From positions 417 through 64,416 of IMG/VR virus record IMGVR_UViG_3300007516_000010: a stretch of 64,000 bases of DNA; one strand, 5' to 3'. Of the stretch, positions 9,119 through 18,778 are shown piece after piece. How positions within the stretch are numbered: position 1 is the first letter of the stretch; every line of letters starts with the position of its first letter. This DNA comes from a virus. Made by a program: the position numbers and the translations under genes. A model generated the notes under the pieces. The model was not told the origin of the DNA, ran no database searches, and saw nothing but the letters and a program-made list of their open reading frames with translations.

Positions 9119-10228
9119 ATGAAAACTCCGCTTGCAATTGTGGCGGCTGATTTACATCTTCGAAGTCTGACTTGGCCGAGTCGCCCTGCGATCCAGGGCG
9201 ACTCTTTTTTTGCCTTCAGTCAGATTCTAGAGATAGCCAAGAAAAAGAAAATTAACGAGTTATGGCTGGGCGGCGACGTCGTTGAGACGCTGCATACGGG
9301 TACACCCAACAGCGCCACCGTGAATGTGCTTCGCAGCGGAATGGCCGATGCGTTCGCTGCCGAAATAAACGTCCGGCATATCTACGGTAACCACGACAAT
9401 ATCGAACCGGACTGGATTTATGCTTGTGGCGGTCCACCGGCGATGTCGAAGGACCGTCCCGTGACGATTAAAGGGAGGACGGTGCTGGGGCTGTCTTGGA
9501 TGCCATCGCGGTTTTTACGTGAAGCACAGGCGGCGGCCGAGGCGGATATTGTCCTGTGTCACCAAGCCTGGGCGGAGTTGATGCCTGGAGAGGGCAGCGA
9601 AGGCCAGCTGACACACTTCCGCGGTGCCAAGTTGGTGGTAACCGGCGATCTGCATCAGCACATCTATAAGAAGGTACGCAGGGAGGGGTTATCACCGCTG
9701 CGAGTGTTGTCGCCTGGGGCGACACACATGTGCAAGAGTAACGAGCCGACGTCGCATTACGTTGCGGTGCTGTACGACGACTACAGCATCACTTGGGTGA
9801 GGCTTCGATCCAGGGCGGTACTGCGTTACACGGTAAACGATGCCGCAGAGTTGGACTCGTTGTGTCTGCAGCTACCCGAGGCAATTGCAAAGGCCACGCA
9901 GGTAGCGATGGTGCAGAACTTGCCGAGCGAGTTGATCACGCCCATTTTTATTTTACGAGACCATTCGGGTATCCCAGGCGTTGAGCGACGAGTGACCAAC
10001 GTTGTTGGTAGTTTCGCACACGTTTTTTATCGTCCGCCGAAGATTAAGATTAGCGAAGAGACTGGCGACATCGCGGAGACTCAGGTGAGTTATTCGTTGG
10101 GCGAATTTGTCGCTCAGGAATCGGCGGGCGACCCGCCGGTGACCGATTTATTGCAAGCCTTGCTCGAGCCGGGCATCAAGCCTGCTGAGACTATCAAGCA
10201 ACACAGGGAAAGGTACATGCAATGTTGA
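9119..10228 (+). CDS. sbcD: SbcD/Mre11-like metallophosphoesterase nuclease
   Basis: ADLHL, GGDVV, GNHD, LCHQ, GDLHQ motifs; adjacent to SbcC. Confidence 0.88.
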   Translation: MKTPLAIVAADLHLRSLTWPSRPAIQGDSFFAFSQILEIAKKKKINELWLGGDVVETLHTGTPNSATVNVLRSGMADAFAAEINVRHIYGNHDNIEPDWIYACGGPPAMSKDRPVTIKGRTVLGLSWMPSRFLREAQAAAEADIVLCHQAWAELMPGEGSEGQLTHFRGAKLVVTGDLHQHIYKKVRREGLSPLRVLSPGATHMCKSNEPTSHYVAVLYDDYSITWVRLRSRAVLRYTVNDAAELDSLCLQLPEAIAKATQVAMVQNLPSELITPIFILRDHSGIPGVERRVTNVVGSFAHVFYRPPKIKISEETGDIAETQVSYSLGEFVAQESAGDPPVTDLLQALLEPGIKPAETIKQHRERYMQC

Positions 10229-12351
10229 TACTGCGGCGATTTAAACTGGCATACGCATGCCAGCACGAAGCCCTCGAACACCATCTGGGGCCAGGCATCA
10301 CTGCGATAAGGGGAAGCAACGGATCCGGCAAGAGCAACCTAGTGGAACTGATCCGTGCGTCGGTCACCAATGACTTTGGCGGCATGGAAGGTAACAAGCT
10401 GGACAATATCTGCCGGAGCCTTCCGACCGGGTCGCCGAGTTACGTCGAGACTGAATGGGAGGTGGACGCCGGAATGCTTGTCCTGAGACGGGCGTTAGCG
10501 AACGCGACCACCGAGCTGCGGCTTAACGGCGACGTGATTGCGAATAAAGAGAACGTCGTTACCGAGCAAGCGTTTCGCTTGATGGGTATTCAGCCGAAGG
10601 TATTCAAGGACTTCTTATTCGCCGACTACATCAAGCTGATTCAGCTAGCCTCTGGCAACAAGGAATCCCGGGCGGAATTGATCCAGTCGTTGTGCGGGCT
10701 GGAAGTGGTCGACAAGCTCGACCGACATCTGCGAGACGCGGTCTCGGCGGATACCGCACTGGCGTCGCAGTACGACCCCGCAGAGCTCGATTTGGAGCTA
10801 CGGACGTGGGGAGAGCATAGGTTGGCGATCCGCGAGTTAACGGCAGCTAATGCGGACTTGGCGGCTTTCATACTGTCTGAAGAGACACAGCGGTCTTGCC
10901 GCAACAAGCTGGTACAGCAAGAGAGGTTCTCGATGTACCAGGCTGAGCTGGCTAAAGCGAATGACAGGCTACGGAAGGCTAAGCAGGTATCCACTGATGG
11001 AGTCGAGCTGTCAAAGGCCTCGCGGGAATTGAAGGCGGCGGACGCTGCGCTGACGGAGTCGCAGACATCGCTCGGGATGCATGAGCAGAATCATCGAGAT
11101 TATCTCGCGTATCAAGGCTATCAGAAAGCATCGTCGCAGCTGCAGGCTCGAATCGAGCAACCGGGACCGGTAGCTCCCAAGCCGACACAAGGGCTTTCGA
11201 TGGACTACGCACAGGCTACGACGTCTATTGCGTTGGCGAACGAAAGAATCAGAGAGACAAACGAGGCGTTAACGTTAATCGACGACGGGAGGGAAATAAC
11301 CTGTCCTACTTGCTTACGGACGCTTAAACCTAGTCCGCCGTATTTAGAGTTTCTTAACTCGCGGCTGGCGGAGGCTCAACAGCAACTTTCGGTTGCGAAG
11401 GAATGCTCGCGAGCTTGGCAAACGTATGAGACACAGGAGAGCCTATACCGTACGGCTGCTGCGGTGCGGGAGCGAGCATTGGCGGATGCGAAGGCAGACT
11501 TGTTGCAACTGGTAAAACCAGACCGACAGGGCAAGCAAGACACCGGACAGGTCGAACAGCTGCGAGCGGTGGTGAAGCGAAACAAGGCGGACGCGGTTAA
11601 ATGGAGCCAGGCGAAGTTAGCCGCGATAGCGCAGCAGGCGGCAGCGGAGGCTAGGATCGAGGCGGCCGAGACGGACATCAGTTCGCATACGGCTTCGCTT
11701 GCGGCCGTCGGTAAGCCGCAGTCAGAAGCATCGCTTAAGCAAATTCAATTGCAGTTGGCGAGGCACGAGGAGCATATTGACGTCTTTAATTCGCAACGGT
11801 CAAAGCTCGCGGTAAAGCGAACGCAGGCCTTTGAGACGGCGGGGCGAATACGACGTTTGCGGCGTCAGCGGCGAAGCCTGCAGCGGTTATCGCAGTGGGT
11901 AGAAACGTTGAAACGATCGCGGGATGTTTTCAAGCGAGACAGGCTACCGGCGAGGGTTGTTGCTGGTATGCTCCACCGCACAACGGCGAAGCTTAACGAG
12001 TACTTGGGGCAACTTTCGGTACCGTTCAGCGTTGTCGCCGATCCAGCGGAGTTTTCGTTTCTAGCGACCCATAACGACGGGACGGTGGAACGGGCCAAAC
12101 GGCTGTCCACGGGGCAGTCGCTTTGCCTAGGTATAAGCTTCTGGCTAGCCAGGGCAGATGTATTTTCTGGTCAGTTACCATTTTTTTGTTTCGATGAACC
12201 GACGTCGAATCTGGATGACGAGCATGTCGTATCCGTGGCGGAACTGTTTTCTTATCTGGCGGGCGACCTGATTAGAAAACACAGGCAAGGTTTAGTCATC
12301 ACACATCACGAAGCGTTGGCACGTTGTGCTACGCACGTGATTCAACTTTAG
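10222..12351 (+). CDS. sbcC: SbcC/Rad50-like SMC ATPase
   Basis: Walker A GSNGSGKS, coiled coil with CPTC zinc hook, signature LSTGQ, Walker B/D-loop FDEPTSNLD, H-loop ITHH. Confidence 0.92.
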   Translation: MLILRRFKLAYACQHEALEHHLGPGITAIRGSNGSGKSNLVELIRASVTNDFGGMEGNKLDNICRSLPTGSPSYVETEWEVDAGMLVLRRALANATTELRLNGDVIANKENVVTEQAFRLMGIQPKVFKDFLFADYIKLIQLASGNKESRAELIQSLCGLEVVDKLDRHLRDAVSADTALASQYDPAELDLELRTWGEHRLAIRELTAANADLAAFILSEETQRSCRNKLVQQERFSMYQAELAKANDRLRKAKQVSTDGVELSKASRELKAADAALTESQTSLGMHEQNHRDYLAYQGYQKASSQLQARIEQPGPVAPKPTQGLSMDYAQATTSIALANERIRETNEALTLIDDGREITCPTCLRTLKPSPPYLEFLNSRLAEAQQQLSVAKECSRAWQTYETQESLYRTAAAVRERALADAKADLLQLVKPDRQGKQDTGQVEQLRAVVKRNKADAVKWSQAKLAAIAQQAAAEARIEAAETDISSHTASLAAVGKPQSEASLKQIQLQLARHEEHIDVFNSQRSKLAVKRTQAFETAGRIRRLRRQRRSLQRLSQWVETLKRSRDVFKRDRLPARVVAGMLHRTTAKLNEYLGQLSVPFSVVADPAEFSFLATHNDGTVERAKRLSTGQSLCLGISFWLARADVFSGQLPFFCFDEPTSNLDDEHVVSVAELFSYLAGDLIRKHRQGLVITHHEALARCATHVIQL

Positions 12352-12366
12352 GAGAGAGCTAGCACC

Positions 12367-13269
12367 ATGTTTCAGGCAATCTTGAGAAGCCGCAAAACAA
12401 CATTTGTAAGTGTAGAAAAGTCGGCGGCGACTCGCCGCAACCCAAAAGGAGTGTTTAATCGAACGGACGGCGTCGAAGTTTCTATATCCCTGGATGACGT
12501 CATCAGTGGTGGTCATGAGGTTTATGTAGGTGTGAACCGCCGTCCGACAAAGCTGTTGGCCAGGTTCATTCGAGATTACTATGCCAAAGGTGGCGACCTA
12601 TCCAGTCTATACCTGTTCGCAAACAACGAGGAGGCCGGGGACAATTGGCCGATGCGGCGAGCTTGCGAGGGTCCAACCATGGGCGTTTGCAGGTCGCTGG
12701 TGGAGAGCCTTGTAGGTTTACCCGTTGGCGGCCGAGTATGGCCGGACGCGACGCATCCAGCAGTGTGTGCGACCGGTTACCTAGTGCTAAATGGCGGTGA
12801 CCGAGCGTCAGCTAACGTGGTGGTAAATGCTCTGGGCGACATACGATACGCGGCGTCCAAGGCGAAAGACTTTGGCCTTTCCGCCGCGGCGATCGCCAAT
12901 CAAGTCTGGCCAGTTGGTTCACCAAACGAAGCGTTTTGCACGTCCGTAAGTCTGGAGCTGGCCAACGCGGTTGTTAGGTACAGCCAGGGCAATAAGAATC
13001 TTACGACGTTCTGTGATCATTTGCTGGCGGCGACGTTGGGCCGGGGGACCTATGTCCGTCGCCCAGGGTTATTTGCCAGCGACATGATCGATTGTTACGG
13101 AGAGTTTAAAATCGGCATAGCTGCCGCCGGCGTGGCGGCGTTAAAGCTGGTGGTAACGAGTTGGGCTTCGTCGGAGTTCCACTCCGACATCTTTGACGAC
13201 TCTGTATTTAGTGACTGCGACCCAGACGGAAAATTTCATGCAAAGTTCAAGCAGTTTTGTGGCCAGTAG
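12367..13269 (+). CDS. hypothetical protein (weak IS110-type helix-hairpin-helix-like segment)
   Basis: 300 aa; VVNALGDIRY...KDFGL only weakly resembles the IS110 HhH motif. Confidence 0.55.
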   Translation: MFQAILRSRKTTFVSVEKSAATRRNPKGVFNRTDGVEVSISLDDVISGGHEVYVGVNRRPTKLLARFIRDYYAKGGDLSSLYLFANNEEAGDNWPMRRACEGPTMGVCRSLVESLVGLPVGGRVWPDATHPAVCATGYLVLNGGDRASANVVVNALGDIRYAASKAKDFGLSAAAIANQVWPVGSPNEAFCTSVSLELANAVVRYSQGNKNLTTFCDHLLAATLGRGTYVRRPGLFASDMIDCYGEFKIGIAAAGVAALKLVVTSWASSEFHSDIFDDSVFSDCDPDGKFHAKFKQFCGQ

Positions 13270-13303
13270 CACGAAAGAAATACGCATCAACCGGTATTTC
13301 AAT

Positions 13304-14728
13304 ATGATCAGCCTGTACCGGCCGGAAGACAACCGGGTGCACGCAGCGTTTGTCAAGCGGTTGTCCGTACTAAGAAAAGTAAGCAGTCGTGAGCGGAACA
13401 AGTTCATGGTTGAGTTTATACCGGAACCGTTTTTTAAGGAGCAGCTGGTAGACGGGCGGCCGATGTATGTGATGGGTTTCGGACTTTACGCGATGGTCGA
13501 GGAGATACTCAAGTCGGCGGGATACGAGCCGTACGTGGTCGATATTGAGCCGCTTGATATGCAGGGGTTTAGGCGGCTGCTACCTAACAAGAATGTGATC
13601 GAGCGGATACGTTGGCGAGAGGATCAGAAAATGATCGTTAAAGACCTCGCCACGGTGCCAACCGCCCAGTACATGCTTTCCACCGGCGCTGGCAAGTCGT
13701 TCATGCTGAGAAAGCTGTGCGAGGTATTCGATAAGGCAAGAATCGTTTTGACGACTTGTGGTAAGGGGTTACTCGACGACCTGTATAGAGAAATGATCGC
13801 GGACGGTAGAGTCGACGTCGGAATTTACCATAGCGATCGACGACATGAGTACAACGGTCGCGTGTTGCTTTGTTCGGTGGGGATGCTGCAACACTTCTGT
13901 GACCGGGAATTTGACGTGTTGCTGCTGGATGAAAAGCACGAGTGCGGTACCCTGGCAAGAATTGACTCTTTGTTGTCTGTTAACTGCCGCCGTGCTTATG
14001 CGTTCTCAGCGGAACATGACAGCCGAGCGGATCAGGCTGATGGTTGGCTGAAGGTCGCTTTCGGCGAGCTACGCAGCCGGATCACGCATGCGGAATCCGT
14101 CGCCGCGGGGGACATTGTTCCGGTCAAGGTGGAGTGGGTGAAGGTGGATGTCAGCCGCTTCCCGGACTACAACCCGGCCTCTGTCCAGTTTCTACGGGAA
14201 GCTTATTGGAACAACAGCTTCCGCAACGCGGTGATTGCGAGCATGGCATTGAGTGCGGCCGAGAATGGGCAAACGCTTGTGTATGCTAGTTCTGTAGAGC
14301 ACGCCTACAGGCTAAAGAAGCTGTTGGGTTGTCCCGTCGTGCATGCGGTGCAGAACGCGGATAACTGGAAAAGATTACAGGATATGGGCGTGGTCGGCAT
14401 TGACGAGGTGTCGCCAACGGCGGCCCAACTGTTGGCGACGAAGAAGGCGATGATCAGTGGCAAGTTACCACTAGCGATCTGCAACAGCGTGTGGCGACGT
14501 GGCGTTGACTTCGTGCACCTGCGTACGCTTGTGCGAGCAGACGGATCGGCAAGTACGACCGATGCGACTCAGATCAGCGGGCGACTGACGCGTAAGTCCG
14601 CTGGCAAAGAGTTCGGCCGTTTGATCGATTTTTGGGATGTGTTCCACGACGCAGCATTCAGGAAGTCCAGAGTCAGACGCCAGCTTTACAAAGGTCTGGG
14701 GTATGCACAGGACGAGGTACCGAAATGA
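13304..14728 (+). CDS. uvsW: UvsW-like SF2 DNA helicase
   Basis: LSTGAGKS, LLDEKHE, AFSA, RGVDF, QISGRLTR motifs; start moved to ATG 13304. Confidence 0.85.
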   Translation: MISLYRPEDNRVHAAFVKRLSVLRKVSSRERNKFMVEFIPEPFFKEQLVDGRPMYVMGFGLYAMVEEILKSAGYEPYVVDIEPLDMQGFRRLLPNKNVIERIRWREDQKMIVKDLATVPTAQYMLSTGAGKSFMLRKLCEVFDKARIVLTTCGKGLLDDLYREMIADGRVDVGIYHSDRRHEYNGRVLLCSVGMLQHFCDREFDVLLLDEKHECGTLARIDSLLSVNCRRAYAFSAEHDSRADQADGWLKVAFGELRSRITHAESVAAGDIVPVKVEWVKVDVSRFPDYNPASVQFLREAYWNNSFRNAVIASMALSAAENGQTLVYASSVEHAYRLKKLLGCPVVHAVQNADNWKRLQDMGVVGIDEVSPTAAQLLATKKAMISGKLPLAICNSVWRRGVDFVHLRTLVRADGSASTTDATQISGRLTRKSAGKEFGRLIDFWDVFHDAAFRKSRVRRQLYKGLGYAQDEVPK

Positions 14729-15372
14729 GTCCAGACAATTCGTTACTGGTCATCGGGGAAGGCGGTGTCAACTATTTGACGCAGGTGTTTAGGCGAGGGT
14801 ACGTACACGCGTATCGACGATATCAAGCAGAGAGGGGCCAGCAGCAGACTTACCAACCACCTAAGGCGGATAAGCAGGATGGGCTGGCTAAATGGCGAGC
14901 AGCGATGATGCTGTTAGTCGGCCGCGAGCTTAACCCGTTGCAGGCGGTAAGGTACGAGATGCGGCGGTACCAGGCATTGAACGAGCCGGAGGCGCCGACG
15001 CTTACGCAGGTGGGCGCGTGCCGGGTGGACCCGAATATTCTAGAGGATGAAACCTATGCGGTAGCGGCGACGGCTATTACCAGCGATCTTGCTAAGATCA
15101 AACGGCTAAAGACCACCGCCAGCAGCTTGTTTGCTTCTACGCCTTCAGATGCACAGCTGGCCGCGGAGATCGTTTCTTCGGTCAACAGCCACGTGCTGAT
15201 GGTCGCGACGATGGACGCGACCGAGGGTTTGAAGGCAGAAGATTCGAAGCTGATTAACCTGGCGGTGCTTGAGTACTTAGAGTGTCCATCTGCGTACACC
15301 GATTTACGGTTACCGTTTGTGGTCAACCATTTGAAAAAGCTTAAAGATTTTTACTCGATTATGAAGGGTTGA
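14725..15372 (+). CDS. hypothetical protein between the two helicases
   Basis: ATGA overlap with the uvsW stop. Confidence 0.65.
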   Translation: MSPDNSLLVIGEGGVNYLTQVFRRGYVHAYRRYQAERGQQQTYQPPKADKQDGLAKWRAAMMLLVGRELNPLQAVRYEMRRYQALNEPEAPTLTQVGACRVDPNILEDETYAVAATAITSDLAKIKRLKTTASSLFASTPSDAQLAAEIVSSVNSHVLMVATMDATEGLKAEDSKLINLAVLEYLECPSAYTDLRLPFVVNHLKKLKDFYSIMKG

Positions 15373-15374
15373 CC

Positions 15375-16934
15375 ATGCTGGTGTTGACCCAGGCAAAGCT
15401 GCGAATCTTGTTTGCGGCTATCTGTGTAAGCGAAAGGCTTGTCAGACGGGCCTCAAAGATATTGCGGGAAGATACGTTTACGGATGCCTACGCGGTGTAC
15501 CGGTTTATCTTGGACGTGTTGCTAGAGTATTTTGACGAACACGGCAGGTTACCCTCGCCGCCGGTGCTACGCAGTAATTTGCTGGCGGACATGGCCGGCA
15601 ACGAGTATTCCGACGAATCGGACGAACAGGAATTGGCGGAGGTATACCGTTTAGTGGAGTCGCTGGTTACCGAAGACCCGGACTTTCTGGTGAAGTCGGT
15701 GACACCCTACATGGATGCGTTTAAGGAGCAGTGCATCCGCGAGCGACTTAAAGAGGTGATCGACAGCGTTGATCTTGGTGAGATGCTCAAGACGACGCAG
15801 GTTGAACTACGGCAAGCACTGGTCACCGACACCGACAAATTCGACAATCCGCTAGGCTCGTCGCTGGATCAGCGTAAACCAGGCAAGTTCACGATGCTCG
15901 GTAATCCTTTGATCGACATCTACACCGGCGGTACGGGCCCAGCGACTGGCGAAGTGATCGGGCATGCGGCGCCGTCGGGCGGAGGAAAGACGACGCTATC
16001 GTCGCAGATCGCACTTGACGCGACGATGATTGCAATACACGAAGCCACTAAGAACGGCGCACGTCCGACGGTCACGTACATATTCAATTACGAGATGTTG
16101 CTAGGCCCACTGTCGAACATTCTTGCTTATGGAGCGAGGGTCCCGCGGACAACGATCGAAGAGTATCTCAATAGCGTGGATACTTCCGAGGTATTCAGCC
16201 GTGGCCGTGACTATAAGCCATACGAGGTTAAGAAGTTCCGCAAGCACCTTAGTTTGGCGGCATCTGGTAATGGTCCTTATCCACTGGCGGAGTGGGACCG
16301 GATTCAGCGACTGCGGAACCAGATCAAGGATTCTCTGTACATCGTCGACTTCACAGGCGGCAACGACAAGTTGACCAACTACGCTAATCGGTTTGTCGAC
16401 GGGATTGACGAGTTCATTCAGGAGCATCAGTTGTCAGTCGGCAGCCCTGGCGTAACGGCTGTGTTTCTTGACTACGCTTCGGCGATCGCGAGGTCCTACA
16501 CAGCGAAGAAGAACAGGGAGACCGAGTACGAGCTGCTGGTTGACTTGCCGCTGCAGGTCAAACGAAAGATAACTAACCCGCTGCGTTGTTGGTCATTTAT
16601 TTCTCACCAGCTGGCCGCGGAAGAGGGCGACAAAGCAGGTGGCACACGGCCCAACCCTACTAAGTGGAAAGGTTGTAAATCGTTTTGCGAGAACTGCGAT
16701 TTCGGATTTGTAAACGGTAAGGCAACTGAGGAAACGTTCTTGTCAATTTTCGTACAGGCTAAGGTGCGTCGCGGCAAGCCCCAGCCAGACCAAGTGGGCC
16801 AGCTCAATGGCGAGTATTCCAACTGGCAACCTGCGGGCGGTGACTTGGTCATTACTGGCAACCGCGTGGTCGAACGCGACGAGGCGAGGAAGATGGCGGG
16901 CGTAAACGCCCGGATAGCGATCGATCAAGCATGA
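15375..16934 (+). CDS. dnaB: DnaB-like replicative helicase
   Basis: Walker A APSGGGKTT, YEM, Walker B FLDY, ISHQL; followed by primase. Confidence 0.85.
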   Translation: MLVLTQAKLRILFAAICVSERLVRRASKILREDTFTDAYAVYRFILDVLLEYFDEHGRLPSPPVLRSNLLADMAGNEYSDESDEQELAEVYRLVESLVTEDPDFLVKSVTPYMDAFKEQCIRERLKEVIDSVDLGEMLKTTQVELRQALVTDTDKFDNPLGSSLDQRKPGKFTMLGNPLIDIYTGGTGPATGEVIGHAAPSGGGKTTLSSQIALDATMIAIHEATKNGARPTVTYIFNYEMLLGPLSNILAYGARVPRTTIEEYLNSVDTSEVFSRGRDYKPYEVKKFRKHLSLAASGNGPYPLAEWDRIQRLRNQIKDSLYIVDFTGGNDKLTNYANRFVDGIDEFIQEHQLSVGSPGVTAVFLDYASAIARSYTAKKNRETEYELLVDLPLQVKRKITNPLRCWSFISHQLAAEEGDKAGGTRPNPTKWKGCKSFCENCDFGFVNGKATEETFLSIFVQAKVRRGKPQPDQVGQLNGEYSNWQPAGGDLVITGNRVVERDEARKMAGVNARIAIDQA

Positions 16935-18028
16935 TCAAGCTAAGAAATCCACGACTTTACAGGCGGCTGTGCACCGTTTTTGGGGAGGCTAACGTCGGCC
17001 TGCACCGGCCAGGTGAAGCTGGTGTTTTCGTAAAAGGAACCAGCACGTATAACGGCGCCGGACGGTTGACAAAGACGGCTGGCGAGGATGTTGGCGAGGA
17101 ATACAATGTCCCTTGCCTTGCCTGCGGTGAAAACCGAGTTGGCAAAGAAGGAAGGCTGTGGTTTAACCATTTGTGGGGAACCCGCGATCCGTTTACAGGC
17201 GGCACAATCCTGTGGCTGTGTCACTGCTACAACGAAGAGTGTCAGGCGAGCTACACCAACCGCCGTATGTTTGCTGAGAAGATCTTAGAGAGCGCCGAAC
17301 CCTACGTCGTGCAGCCCGCGGAGCAAGTAGTTAAGGTGCGTCGCAAGGCGGTGATGCCTGGCGGTACACAGTCGCTGCGGTATCTTGCCGGACACGACAT
17401 CAGGCACCCGGCGGTGCAGTTTTGCATTCGCAAAGGTTACGACCCTCGTGAGCTGTCAGACAAGTACGGGGTCGAGTATTGTCTTTCGCCACGATCCGTC
17501 AACTCGCTGGCCGCCAACCGGTTGATAGTTCCGTTTTACAAAGACGAGGAAGGTGTTCGCAGGCTAGCGGGCTGGACGGCGAGGAAATTAATTCAGGACG
17601 GGGCTGGAGATAAGTGGGTGCATTCGCCCAATCCGACTGGCGGCATTGTCTACGGATTGGACGAGGCGTCGCAGCATCCTGTGATTGTGATCGTCGAGGG
17701 CCCAGGAGACCGCTGGGCCGTAGGACCGCAGGCCGCGGCCATGTTGGGTAAAAATTGCGGGCCAGAGAAGGTGAAGAAGATCGTAATGGCGATGCAGGCG
17801 CACGGCGACGAAGCCAAGATCGTAATCTTGCTTGATCCGGCGCAAGACCACAAGGCGAGGTTACGCAAGCAGCCGCACCACATCTGGTCGGCTGTCGTGG
17901 CTTTTCAAAAGGCGAGCGAGATTCCCGTGTACGATGTCTGGCTACCAAGATGGTCAGATCCCGGTAGTCTCGCCAGGTCGTATATCTGGAAGCACATCGA
18001 TAAAAGGCTGACGCAATTGCCACGCTGA
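16931..18028 (+). CDS. dnaG: DNA primase (zinc-binding domain plus TOPRIM)
   Basis: CLAC...CHCYNEEC; RLIVPF...GWTAR; VIVEGPGD; VILLDP. Confidence 0.85.
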   Translation: MIKLRNPRLYRRLCTVFGEANVGLHRPGEAGVFVKGTSTYNGAGRLTKTAGEDVGEEYNVPCLACGENRVGKEGRLWFNHLWGTRDPFTGGTILWLCHCYNEECQASYTNRRMFAEKILESAEPYVVQPAEQVVKVRRKAVMPGGTQSLRYLAGHDIRHPAVQFCIRKGYDPRELSDKYGVEYCLSPRSVNSLAANRLIVPFYKDEEGVRRLAGWTARKLIQDGAGDKWVHSPNPTGGIVYGLDEASQHPVIVIVEGPGDRWAVGPQAAAMLGKNCGPEKVKKIVMAMQAHGDEAKIVILLDPAQDHKARLRKQPHHIWSAVVAFQKASEIPVYDVWLPRWSDPGSLARSYIWKHIDKRLTQLPR

Positions 18029-18043
18029 AGAGGAAGGTAAACC

Positions 18044-18778
18044 ATGCCGATTTTTGTACGAACCATAAAACTAGTAGAGGACGCGACTATGCCGGCAGAA
18101 ATTCAAAAAACGATGGAAGCCGACGTTAAACCGAAAAAGATCAACGCCAGACACGTCAGGCATCCCCGGTTGACCATTTTAGAGATCGTGGGCGCAACAA
18201 GGTACCTGGAGGCGAATTTCAAGAAGTTCGACGGAATGTCGTTGAAGGAGATACAGGGCGAGCTTGCGGCGTGGCGAAACCGGAGCGGCGACAAAATCGT
18301 TTTTGTCGGCGAGCAGGGTTACAAAGGCGTGTCGCTGGGGACAGCCAAAGAGAGTGCCAACGCGGTCGGGTTAAGCTTCGATAAACCCGAACCGCCACCA
18401 GTGATAGTGGCATCGTTGCTGTCCGGTCTGTCGGAGGTACTACTGCAACTGTGTGTGCTAGTGGACTATTTCGCCGCAAAATCGGTCCCATTACATGGCC
18501 CAATACTTAGAGGCAGTAAGCCTCACAACAAGTTGCAACTGCTGGTGGAGCAGGCAGCGTCGCTAGAAGCTGCCAGTCGTAAGGTGGCTGACGAGCCGCT
18601 TGCGGAAGTGGATGGCCACGATAAAAAAGCCGTAATGGCTGAGTACGCTAATTTATCCGCAGCAACTCATCCACCGCGAGGGCGAGGTCTGGATGAGGAA
18701 CCCCGCAATAAAAGGTCGGTGCGACGGACGTCGTCTCACCCCGGTCAGCCTTCGCTCTTTCCGCCGGTTAGTTCATGA
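18044..18778 (+). CDS. hypothetical protein containing an in-frame palindrome copy
   Basis: 244 aa, SD GAGGAAGG; the segment SGDKIVFVG is encoded by the palindrome. Confidence 0.65.
   Translation: MPIFVRTIKLVEDATMPAEIQKTMEADVKPKKINARHVRHPRLTILEIVGATRYLEANFKKFDGMSLKEIQGELAAWRNRSGDKIVFVGEQGYKGVSLGTAKESANAVGLSFDKPEPPPVIVASLLSGLSEVLLQLCVLVDYFAAKSVPLHGPILRGSKPHNKLQLLVEQAASLEAASRKVADEPLAEVDGHDKKAVMAEYANLSAATHPPRGRGLDEEPRNKRSVRRTSSHPGQPSLFPPVSS
18285..18312. repeat. 28-bp dispersed palindrome, copy 3 (intragenic, 3 mismatches)
   Basis: GCGGCGACAAAATCGTTTTTGTCGGCGA. Confidence 0.85.

Noticed and set aside
12367-13269. IS110 transposase
   Set aside because: Only a weak HhH-like stretch; no DEDD RuvC-like N-domain, and it sits as a core gene in the replication block
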